DNA from: an uncultured virus (IMG/VR IMGVR_UViG_3300045210_000027)
Lineage: Duplodnaviria; Heunggongvirae; Uroviricota; Caudoviricetes
IMG/VR virus record: IMGVR_UViG_3300045210_000027
Length of the DNA stretch: 20,000 nucleotides
Reading direction: 5' to 3' (one strand)
Positions 7,874 to 15,424 of this stretch are shown piece after piece. Position 1 is the stretch's first letter; every line of letters begins with the position of its first letter. The position numbers and the translations under genes are program-made. The notes under the pieces are model-generated. The model saw only the letters and a program-made list of their open reading frames with translations. It did no database searches and was not told where the DNA came from.

Positions 7874-7922
7874 GAAGGCGGCTCAGCTGTGCGAATGAGT
7901 GGTGCACTGCCTGCCGCCTTCT
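7874..7922 (-). ncRNA. Candidate small hairpin RNA directly downstream of the MuF-nuclease gene
   Basis: GAAGGCGGC...GCCGCCUUC 9-bp outer stem plus an inner GUGC/GCAC stem. The 5' end coincides with the predicted start site of the promoter at 7929-7957. Confidence 0.45.
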
Positions 7923-7924
7923 CC

Positions 7925-9469
7925 TCACACTGTACCGCGGTGGGTCAGCCATGTCACGGTCCCGTCTTTCGCGACGTGGATCGCCTCGAGGAACGAACGC
8001 TGTCCGATGAGTCGACGCCGAAGCTCGTCGAGAATGTCAGGATCGGCCAGTGGCGTGCGGGCGGTGTCGAGGATCAGCCGATCGGCCTGGTGTCGTCCTC
8101 GAGCGAGCTGCCGTGAGATCGTGTGCCGTCCCGCGCCCTGCGGGCTCTTGATCTCCCAGGCGAACCCGCCAATGGTGACGTCCGGGTTCCGGGCGCCGCG
8201 TGTGAAGTCGAGTGGATTGAACGTGATGTCCAGGCCGACCGCAGCCAGGCGGTTCGCCGTATCCAGCTCGTGCTGCGCAACGAGCAGCCCGTCTGGTCGG
8301 TACACGACGCCCGCCCGCTCGGCACCTGGCATGAGGATGCGCTCTCCGAGCGGTCCGTCGTCCCCGGCCGGTGCCCCGCGCAGCGGCCCAGTGGGTGGCC
8401 GCCCGCCCGAACCCCCACCGGAGCCCCTACCCGGTGCCCTCGCGGGCACGTGGCTGTCACGCCAACCGTCCGCGGTGCGCCGCTGGGACCACTGCTCGCG
8501 GGGCCAGTTCCCTGACCGCCACTGCTCGTAGCCGCGCCCGCCGAGGATCCGCCGCTGCTGCTCCTCCGACAGCCCCTCAAACCAGGCGTCCGCATCCGAC
8601 TGCAGGTCCCGTGGCTCGTCGATGCCCTCGAACCCGAGCTCGGCCCACGTCTTCGTCTTCGGCACCCGCGCACACCGCCCGTTCGGGTGGTCATACGGGC
8701 CAGGCTCATCAACCGGGTGCAGGGTGCCGTGCATCGCAATGCAGGACCGGCAGGTGGAGGGGTCCAGGTGTGCTTCCCACACCCAGCCGGCGAGCGTCGA
8801 CCTGTTGGCCTGGTCCACGACGTGGGAGGCCTCGCGGGCCGCGTCCAGCATCTCGGTTCGGGCGATCGTCATCGCCCTGGTCAGGCCACCGTTGAACTGG
8901 TCCTCGATGCCGCGGACCATCCTCCTGGCCGCGGTGCGCGGGTTGTCGCCCACCGCGATACCGCGGGCCAATTCCCGGCGGATCGCGGCCGTCGCTGCCG
9001 GGCTGATCTCCCGGTGCCGGGACGTGATCTGCCCGCTGACGCGCTGCACCATGGCCGTGACCTGCACGCTGCTGGCAGCGTGCAGAGTCGTACTGAGTAC
9101 GCCGCCGGCCGCCCGTGGGGGCAGCTGGGCCGTGATCATGGCCTGCTCGGCGGCGATCGCCTCATCGACTGCCACCCGCAGGCGGCCCGTAGCGCCGTCC
9201 GCCGCCTCCAGGGCGAGCTGGTCGAGCGACCCGGACACGGCCTCGAGGGCGGCCTGCATGCGTGCAGACCGGCCGATCATGGAGGGGCTGATCGTGTCCC
9301 CGTCCGCGGCCAGCGCGAGTGCGAGCGCGGCGGCGTCGACCTCGGCGGCGACCTGGTCCCAGGCCAGCACCCACGAGGCCACCAGTGCGCGAGTGTGCGC
9401 GTCCTCCACGCCACGCAGGAAGTCGTTCAGGTCCTGCTCGATGTCGAGGACGCCCCGGCCGATAGCCAC
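7925..9469 (-). CDS. MuF/SPP1 gp7-like minor head protein with a C-terminal CdiA-CT-like PD-(D/E)xK nuclease (MuF polymorphic toxin)
   Basis: MuF core (RAMTIARTE, W.WEAHLDPSTCRSC...HPNGRC), Gly/Pro linker (GRGSGGGSGGRPP), then HE...A..LA..G...NPD......WEIKSPQG...I..QL.....QA..LILD..RT. Confidence 0.88.
   Translation of the reverse strand: MAIGRGVLDIEQDLNDFLRGVEDAHTRALVASWVLAWDQVAAEVDAAALALALAADGDTISPSMIGRSARMQAALEAVSGSLDQLALEAADGATGRLRVAVDEAIAAEQAMITAQLPPRAAGGVLSTTLHAASSVQVTAMVQRVSGQITSRHREISPAATAAIRRELARGIAVGDNPRTAARRMVRGIEDQFNGGLTRAMTIARTEMLDAAREASHVVDQANRSTLAGWVWEAHLDPSTCRSCIAMHGTLHPVDEPGPYDHPNGRCARVPKTKTWAELGFEGIDEPRDLQSDADAWFEGLSEEQQRRILGGRGYEQWRSGNWPREQWSQRRTADGWRDSHVPARAPGRGSGGGSGGRPPTGPLRGAPAGDDGPLGERILMPGAERAGVVYRPDGLLVAQHELDTANRLAAVGLDITFNPLDFTRGARNPDVTIGGFAWEIKSPQGAGRHTISRQLARGRHQADRLILDTARTPLADPDILDELRRRLIGQRSFLEAIHVAKDGTVTWLTHRGTV
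7929..7957 (-). promoter_or_regulatory. Housekeeping-sigma-type promoter embedded in the last codons of MuF
   Basis: GTGACA-N17-TACAGT on the minus strand (-35 at 7957-7952, -10 at 7934-7929). Confidence 0.6.
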
Positions 9470-9481
9470 CGTGGCCCCCGC

Positions 9482-11062
9482 CTACTGGTCGGTGTAGGGG
9501 GCGCCAGCGGCGCCGCGGCCCTCACGCCACGCCCGGACCGCCTCAGACCCCGCCGTCGCGGTGGGGTCGATCCAGTTGCCGTCCTCATCGGTCGCGGCCG
9601 CGACGATGTCGTCCGCGTCCCGCACGCCGAGCGCCGCGAGCAGCAGCTTCAGGGTCTGGACGGGCGGCATCTTGCCAGTGCTGTCGGCCTTCGAGATCGC
9701 TTCCACGATCGTCTCGGCCGGGGTCTCGTCCAGTCCCGGCCACACGACCTCGATCGTGTCGTCGTCCCCGTTCGTGTCCCCAGCGAGGGCGAGCGTCTCC
9801 GCCCCGGTGAGTGGGTCGCGGCGTACCGACCCCGCCAGGGGGCCCTGGGGTGCGCGGACGGCCTGCGTAATCACGTAGCGGGCGATTGCCGTGTAGGCGG
9901 CCGTCCACACAGCCTGGCGGGCCTGCATGGCCAGCCGCATCGGAAGGTTCAGGGTCTCAGCGACCGCCCTGGCCCCTGTCTGGCCGGGGTCGGACATGAG
10001 GGTGGTGACCGGTATGTCGAGGGCGGCGGCCACCATGGTGGCCAGGGGCCGGCCGGACTCGGAGTCGATGGTGGCGCCCGTCTTCGGGATCGCCTCCAGC
10101 GTGACCTCCGGGTCCATGACCGCGGTCGCGCCGGCGTTCGTGTCGTTCCCGGCCGGGGCCTGGCCGGCGGGCCGGCGGGACAGTGCCTGGCGCAGGCGCC
10201 GCGACTTGCTGCCCTTCGTGGTGGCCCGCCACGCGAACTGCGACAGGGACTTCACGAGGGTCGCCCAGTCGGCCAGGAAGTCCCGGTAGGCGCGCGCCCA
10301 CGTGAGTGCCGAGTAGGCGTCACCGATGCCGAACTTCCAGCCCGCCAGGCCGCCGACCCGCACGTGGTAGACGGGGCTGTCCCAGTTGACGGGGTGGCCG
10401 TCGAGGAACTTGATGCGGCGGGCGGGCCGGTACCTGAGCGCCGGGTAGTACTCGGTGCGGCGCGTGTCGACCAGGCGACCCTGCTCGTTCAGGCCGCGGC
10501 TGGACCACTCGCGCTTGTAGAACCAGGGCTCGGACGCGTCCTCGGGGTTCGTGACGATGTCCGTGACCTCGTCGAACAGGATGGTGCGCATCTGCACGTA
10601 CCCCGTGCGGGGGCTGGTGAAGCAGGCGATGAACACGTTGCCGTCCGTGCCGATGGCCCGCTCCAGGGTCTCCTGGGCCTGGCTGCCGGTCACGGCCGCC
10701 TGGTTCCCTTCGTCCTGCCACCAGGCGCGGATGACGGCGTTCACGTCCTGCTGGCCGTCCTCCTGCCCGTTCGCCCTGGCCGCGATCTCCACGCCCTGCC
10801 CGAACACGTAGGCCTGCCTGACGGCCAGGCCCCGCTTGATGAGGGGGTTGGCGATCGCGAACACGCGGGCGTTGCGGGCGATGGTGGTCAGGCCGGCGCG
10901 GGAGAACTCCTCGTCCATGCCGGCGGTGAGGGACCGCCACCCGGCGTCGTCCATCGCGAGCTCGAGGTCGGCGACGGACTCGCGGAGGATCTCGATCTCG
11001 TTGCGGTACTGGTCGGCTTCGGTGGTCGCCTTCCGGCCGGTGAGTGTGTCCCACAGGGGCAT
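9482..11062 (-). CDS. Portal protein, 526 aa
   Basis: Size and position after TerL. NPLIKRGL...YVFGQG and DGNVF motifs. Confidence 0.9.
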   Translation of the reverse strand: MPLWDTLTGRKATTEADQYRNEIEILRESVADLELAMDDAGWRSLTAGMDEEFSRAGLTTIARNARVFAIANPLIKRGLAVRQAYVFGQGVEIAARANGQEDGQQDVNAVIRAWWQDEGNQAAVTGSQAQETLERAIGTDGNVFIACFTSPRTGYVQMRTILFDEVTDIVTNPEDASEPWFYKREWSSRGLNEQGRLVDTRRTEYYPALRYRPARRIKFLDGHPVNWDSPVYHVRVGGLAGWKFGIGDAYSALTWARAYRDFLADWATLVKSLSQFAWRATTKGSKSRRLRQALSRRPAGQAPAGNDTNAGATAVMDPEVTLEAIPKTGATIDSESGRPLATMVAAALDIPVTTLMSDPGQTGARAVAETLNLPMRLAMQARQAVWTAAYTAIARYVITQAVRAPQGPLAGSVRRDPLTGAETLALAGDTNGDDDTIEVVWPGLDETPAETIVEAISKADSTGKMPPVQTLKLLLAALGVRDADDIVAAATDEDGNWIDPTATAGSEAVRAWREGRGAAGAPYTDQ

Positions 11063-11089
11063 GGTGGTGGGCCCCCTCTCGTGGGTGCG

Positions 11090-12580
11090 CTAGTAGGTGG
11101 CGAGGTAGCCGTGCGGGTCGTCCTCGAGGAGTTCGTCGCTGGTGACCTGGTCGTCCTCGTCGAGGATCGGCAGGAGGAGCAGCTGGTCGAGGGCCTGGGA
11201 CAGGGCGTCGATGGTGTCGTCGTGGCTGGCGTTGGGGAAGCCGCGGGCTTCCTCCAGGAGCTCGGCCACGTTCGGCAGGATCTCGGGGGTGGGTAGGTGC
11301 ACGTTGTGGGCGTGCACGAACGGGGACACGGCGGCGGCGCGGGAGTACTTCGAGCCGCGGGGCTCGACGGGGATGAGGCCGGGGACCTGGCCGGACAGGA
11401 GCGTGATCACTGCGGGGCCGTTGGCCTTGTCCTCGACGAACTTCGCGACGGCCTGCGGCCACTTCCGTGTCATGGCCCGGATCGCGGCGAGGGTCGCGTT
11501 GATGTTCATGCGGGCCCGCACCTGGTCCACGAGGTAGGCGTGGACGCCGATGCGGAGCCACACCTGGCCGACGACGTAGTCGCTGGACTTGGTGTCCTTG
11601 AACGTCAAGTCCCACGACTGGATGAGTTCGACGTCCTCGCCGGGCACCCACTTGGTGCCGTCCGCGCGTTCGACCCAGGGGGGTGTGTCGTAGGTGGCCC
11701 ATTCGGCGGGGAACAGGTCACCGGCTTCGGGGCTGGGGCGGCCCTGGTAGAGGGCGGCCCAGTCTCGGGGGCCGGCCTGCACCTTGCGGGCGTCCCACTG
11801 GCTGGTGGTGCGGCCCCTCGCGGACAGCATGTATTCGCCGGGTGCGCGGCCGAGCGGGTCGGTCTGGCCCTTCTCGGGCCGGTGGTCGGCCTGGGCGGGG
11901 ATGTTGATGACGTCCCACAGGTCGCCGTCTTCTTGTTCGAGGAGTCGGCCGGCGAGGTCGGCGTGATGCCAGCGGGTGAGGATGAGGATGACGGGGGCGC
12001 CGGGTGCGAGGCGGGAGGAGGCGGTGGAGGTCCACCAGTCCCAGACGCGGTCGCGGTAGGTCTCGGAGTCGGCCTGTTCGCGGTCCTTGAGGGGGTCGTC
12101 GATGATCATCGCGTCGGCGGGGCGGGAGGTGAGGGCGCCGCCGACTCCGACTGCGTACACGCTGCCGGGTCGGCCTGCGAGCTCGAACTCGTTCTGTGCG
12201 GCGACGTCGTCGCGGAGCCGGATGTTGAGGGTGTCGGTGTGGGTGGTGATCTCGTCGCGGATGAGGCGGCCCATGCGGCGGGCGACGGCGGCCGCGTATG
12301 AGGCGATGACGATGCGCGTGTCGGGGGAGCGGTTGAGTAGCCAGGCGGGGGCCCACTTGGTGGCGAGCGTGGACTTGCCCTCCTGTGGGGGCATGCTGAT
12401 GATCAGGCGGGCGTCGGGGGTGGTGAGTGCGCGTGTGAGGGCCTGGTCGATGAGGTCGATTGCGGGGGTGCGGCGGAACCTGGGGTCGAGTGCGGCGCCC
12501 ATGGTTGCGGGGGTGTCCCACCGGGGGGCGGGGGTGGGTTCGAACTGTCGGGCGGCGTGCTCCCAGGCTGTCAGGAGCAC
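11090..12580 (-). CDS. terL: Terminase large subunit, 496 aa
   Basis: Walker A (IISMPPQEGKS), Walker B (MIIDDP), nuclease motifs (QSWDLTFK, VEDKANG, HDDTIDA). RBS GGAGG. Confidence 0.96.
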   Translation of the reverse strand: MLLTAWEHAARQFEPTPAPRWDTPATMGAALDPRFRRTPAIDLIDQALTRALTTPDARLIISMPPQEGKSTLATKWAPAWLLNRSPDTRIVIASYAAAVARRMGRLIRDEITTHTDTLNIRLRDDVAAQNEFELAGRPGSVYAVGVGGALTSRPADAMIIDDPLKDREQADSETYRDRVWDWWTSTASSRLAPGAPVILILTRWHHADLAGRLLEQEDGDLWDVINIPAQADHRPEKGQTDPLGRAPGEYMLSARGRTTSQWDARKVQAGPRDWAALYQGRPSPEAGDLFPAEWATYDTPPWVERADGTKWVPGEDVELIQSWDLTFKDTKSSDYVVGQVWLRIGVHAYLVDQVRARMNINATLAAIRAMTRKWPQAVAKFVEDKANGPAVITLLSGQVPGLIPVEPRGSKYSRAAAVSPFVHAHNVHLPTPEILPNVAELLEEARGFPNASHDDTIDALSQALDQLLLLPILDEDDQVTSDELLEDDPHGYLATY

Positions 12581-12598
12581 GGCCGCCTCCCAGGGTTG

Positions 12599-12985
12599 CT
12601 ACTCGGTGTCTTCCTCGGTCATGCCCTCCGGGGCGGGGACCATGGACTCGACAAACTTCGCGAGCTTGGACTCCGGATCAGGCTCGGGGGCCGGTTCCGG
12701 GAAGAATTTCTCGAGCGCGTTCTCGTAGTTGTGGTCGACGCTCACCAGGAGATTGTCGAGCGGATTGAGGTCCCGCCCGTGCTTTGCCCTGTCGAGCGCG
12801 AGCATTGCGATCGCGGCGGTCTTGGCCGTCGTCACCGTCCCGTTGACGGCTACGGCGAACCCTCCTCGGTCGTCTCGTTCGATGGTGGAACGGAGTCCGT
12901 AGTGCGTTGCGACTGCGGCGATCCGGGCTGTGCCACGTCGACTGCCGATGTCGCGGAATGTCATTTCGAAGCGAATGTGCGCCAT
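12599..12985 (-). CDS. Orphan protein (128 aa), probably leaderless, moron-like
   Basis: ATG at 12985 lies 7 nt after a TAnnnT -10 box. No RBS. No family recognised. Confidence 0.65.
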   Translation of the reverse strand: MAHIRFEMTFRDIGSRRGTARIAAVATHYGLRSTIERDDRGGFAVAVNGTVTTAKTAAIAMLALDRAKHGRDLNPLDNLLVSVDHNYENALEKFFPEPAPEPDPESKLAKFVESMVPAPEGMTEEDTE

Positions 12986-12992
12986 GGGGCCG

Positions 12993-13014
12993 ACCGTATC
13001 GGTGGCCACCGACA
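12993..13014 (-). promoter_or_regulatory. PafBC/RecA-NDp-type DNA-damage promoter motif with an internal 14-bp palindrome
   Basis: Minus strand TGTCGG-TGGCCACCGA-TA-CGG-T matches TGTCGG-N10-TA-N3-T exactly. TCGGTGGCCACCGA (12999-13012) is a perfect palindrome. Confidence 0.7.
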
Positions 13015-13042
13015 TTGCTTTACGGCGATACCCAGGGATGGC

Positions 13043-13077
13043 GAAAGCCCCTGGCGTCCAAAGCGCCGGGGGCTTTC
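13043..13077. terminator. Intrinsic terminator, likely bidirectional
   Basis: GAAAGCCCCTGGCG / CGCCGGGGGCTTTC 14-bp stem with one mismatch; TTT follows the GC stem on both strands. Confidence 0.7.
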
Positions 13078-13159
13078 ACTGTGGGTGTGCGCGTTGCGCA
13101 ACACTAGTGAACATACCGTCCTGCCAGGTCAAGCACCAGTACCAGTTCGGCGTGTCGCC

Positions 13160-13516
13160 CTATCCGATGCCCCAGCCCTTCTGGAAGTCGGGGTGGTCGC
13201 GGTAGACCTCGGCGAGGGCGGCGAGTTCCGAGCAGTCCTCGGTGGATGCGTCCCAGCTGTCTGATGAGCAGCCCGGGTCGTAGTCCGGTATGCGCTCAGA
13301 CCGGTGCATGTCGACGATCGCCCGCTTGGCCTGGCACTCGGCGAGCCACCTGCCGAGCCCGAGGCCGATCTCGGTGTACTCGCTGCTTGGGTAGGTGCCG
13401 AAATCGTTGACGAGGTCGGCCTCGGGTGCGCCAGCTTCGAGCCACGTGGCCTTGAACCTGGAGGCGGTCGCCTCGTCCTCGGCGATCCTCGCGAGGAGGA
13501 ACTCGACGATGGTCAT
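13160..13516 (-). CDS. DUF6221-like actinobacterial phage protein
   Basis: FLLARIAEDE...LAEC.AKRAIV...LA.LA.VY.DHPDF...W signature. Confidence 0.82.
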   Translation of the reverse strand: MTIVEFLLARIAEDEATASRFKATWLEAGAPEADLVNDFGTYPSSEYTEIGLGLGRWLAECQAKRAIVDMHRSERIPDYDPGCSSDSWDASTEDCSELAALAEVYRDHPDFQKGWGIG

Positions 13517-14352
13517 GCCGTGATCTTCCCAGACAGGCCCGCCCGCCGCGCCCCGGGCCGCGAGGCAGCGCCGATCGCGAGCTCGAGCACGTCACCCACC
13601 CGATACCGGGGCCTCCCACCCAACGAGTCCACTCGCACTAGGCGACCGTCCGCCGCCCACGTCCGGATCGTCGACAGGCTCACCGACAGGCCACCGAAAG
13701 CCTCCCCAGCCAGGGCCCGCGTGATGTCCGGGCCGGTCGCGACCGCCTCCCACGCCTCAGCGAGCAGCCACTCCCGCCGCGCCGCGACCTCGTACTCGCT
13801 GCCACACCTGGGGCAGGCAACCGTGGCGCGGGACGGCTGGGCGTACAGCTCGCCCGTGCACGACGCGGGCAGCCCGTCCACGTCGACGGTGGTGGCGGTG
13901 CAGGGGCCGGCGTAGTGGGTGTCGGCGGGCCGGTCGACAACGCTTGCCGCGGTCCGCACTGCCGCCGTGATGGCCTCGAGGGCCTCGGGGCCGGCTTCTT
14001 GGGTGGCGAGCCAGTGGGCGCGGACGTCGAGGAACCGTTCGATGGTCGTCCACGTGTCCGGGGTGGCCTCGTGGCGGGCGGTGGCGATGTAGTCGGTCCA
14101 GGTGAGGACGCTGGTGCGGGCCTGGTAGGCGCGGTCGCTGGCCTGCATGTTCACGGGTAGGGGCGTGTTGGCGCTCTTGCTGCCGTTGCGGGTCGTGAAG
14201 CGGAGGCGTCGGCCGATGGCGTCGTCGAGGGCGCGCATGAGGTCGGACATGCCGTCGAGGTGTGTGCGGAGGAGGTTGATGCAGGGGGTGCAGATCGTGC
14301 GTCCGGGGGGCAGAGGGCGTCGGGTGCAGGTGGGGCAGGTTGGTTCGGTCAT
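13513..14352 (-). CDS. Zn-finger plus C-terminal HTH DNA-binding protein (putative late-gene regulator)
   Basis: Several CxxC pairs (CPTC, CTPC, CPRC) and an excisionase/MerR-like HTH (STIRTWAADGRL...RPRYRVGDVLEL). Located at the early/late boundary. Confidence 0.75.
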   Translation of the reverse strand: MTEPTCPTCTRRPLPPGRTICTPCINLLRTHLDGMSDLMRALDDAIGRRLRFTTRNGSKSANTPLPVNMQASDRAYQARTSVLTWTDYIATARHEATPDTWTTIERFLDVRAHWLATQEAGPEALEAITAAVRTAASVVDRPADTHYAGPCTATTVDVDGLPASCTGELYAQPSRATVACPRCGSEYEVAARREWLLAEAWEAVATGPDITRALAGEAFGGLSVSLSTIRTWAADGRLVRVDSLGGRPRYRVGDVLELAIGAASRPGARRAGLSGKITA

Positions 14353-14397
14353 CGTGTCCTCCTGGGGCAGATAACAGCGTCTCTCGGGGCGGTGGGG

Positions 14398-15030
14398 TTA
14401 GTGGTCGGCGAGGCGGCGGAGCTCGCGGGGCACGATCTGGGCGACCTGCTCGGTCCAGACGGTGCGAAGGGTGTCGGCCATGCCGGCGGCGAGCAGGGCG
14501 GCGAGGAGCGTGTCGAGGATGGTGCGCAGGGCGCCGGCGAGCATGTCGCCCTGCTGCTCGGCGAGAGCGATGCGGCGTTCCTCGCAGCCGGCGGCGCTTG
14601 CTGCGGCCGCGAACTTCACGAGCTGCTCCTCAGCCTGGCGGAGCATGGTCCACCAGATGTGAGGCTTGGCCTCCTCGGTGGTGCCGTAGTCCTCGCCGCC
14701 GGTCTTCTCCCTCGTGCGGCCCCAGATGCGGTCAGCGTCGTCGAGCTCGGCGACCTTCGCGCGGAGGGCGAGGACCTCGGCGTACTTCCAGGACACGGCC
14801 CGCAGCATGGCGTCGCGGTGGTCGATGTGGGGGACGTTCTCGCCGTAGGCGGCGGCGAGGCCCCGGCGGAGAGCTCGGGCCTCTTTCTGCTCGGCGAGGC
14901 GCCTGTTGGCGGCGGCGCGTGCTTGGGGGGTGGCGCCGCCGTGGGCGCGGCAGACGGTGCCGCCGCGGATGGGGTGGTTGCGGCAGGGCTCGCCGTGCCG
15001 GTTGGTGGCGGTGCACAGGGGCGCGGTCAC
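14398..15030 (-). CDS. terS: Probable terminase small subunit (HGG-motif type), 210 aa
   Basis: C.A....G.PC...PIRGGTVCRAHGGATPQ N-terminus, AKPHIW...AG.EER.I.LAEQQG, C-terminus ending VPRELRRL. Typical of actinophage TerS. Confidence 0.75.
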   Translation of the reverse strand: MTAPLCTATNRHGEPCRNHPIRGGTVCRAHGGATPQARAAANRRLAEQKEARALRRGLAAAYGENVPHIDHRDAMLRAVSWKYAEVLALRAKVAELDDADRIWGRTREKTGGEDYGTTEEAKPHIWWTMLRQAEEQLVKFAAAASAAGCEERRIALAEQQGDMLAGALRTILDTLLAALLAAGMADTLRTVWTEQVAQIVPRELRRLADH

Positions 15031-15128
15031 GCCTCCTCCTTCCGATGCTTGGCCTCACAGGCCTTCGCGAGGCTGGTGACGGGCCAGGCGCGGCCGCAGG
15101 TGCCGCACCGCCACGGGTCGGGGCTCAC
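15027..15128 (-). CDS. 33-aa Zn-finger microprotein (not in the ORF track)
   Basis: MSPDPWRCGTCGRAWPVTSLAKACEAKHRKEEA. GTGA overlaps at both ends, and its 3' end supplies the terS RBS (GGAGGAGG). Confidence 0.7.
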   Translation of the reverse strand: MSPDPWRCGTCGRAWPVTSLAKACEAKHRKEEA

Positions 15129-15424
15129 CACGCACCAGCCACTCGCGCGATCCCGGCGGCGATCTCGATGCCCGACCACTCGCCCTCTGCGTACTGGTCC
15201 CACGGCTCGGCCTGGGCGGCGATCGCGGCCCTCTCGTCGAGTAGGGCGACGATCCGCTCGCGCTCCTCGGCGCGGACCTGCTCGTCGTGGGCGGCGAGCC
15301 AGCGGTCGAACTCGTCCAGGTGCTGGACGGGCTCGAACGCATAGCCGTCGTCGTGGTCGAGGCCAGCTTGGATGTACGCGAACGTCATGCGCACGTCGTC
15401 GTTCGTCGGCGTCCAGTCACTCAT
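15125..15424 (-). CDS. Hypothetical phage protein
   Basis: Coupled ORF with the common actinophage module FDRWLAAHD..VRAEER. Confidence 0.75.
   Translation of the reverse strand: MSDWTPTNDDVRMTFAYIQAGLDHDDGYAFEPVQHLDEFDRWLAAHDEQVRAEERERIVALLDERAAIAAQAEPWDQYAEGEWSGIEIAAGIARVAGAW

Noticed and set aside
7874..7922. Hairpin as a tRNA gene
   Set aside because: No cloverleaf or T-loop (TTCG) arm, and too short.
8687..11296. 869-aa plus-strand ORF and other long plus-strand ORFs (e.g. 4623-6086, 6198-7898, 11297-12301, 14260-15441)
   Set aside because: Antisense shadows of well-supported minus-strand genes, as expected in very high-GC DNA. No recognisable motifs.
12986..13015. ATG at 13015 as the start of the orphan gene
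   Set aside because: No RBS, and it lies in the promoter motif. The ATG at 12985 fits leaderless geometry.
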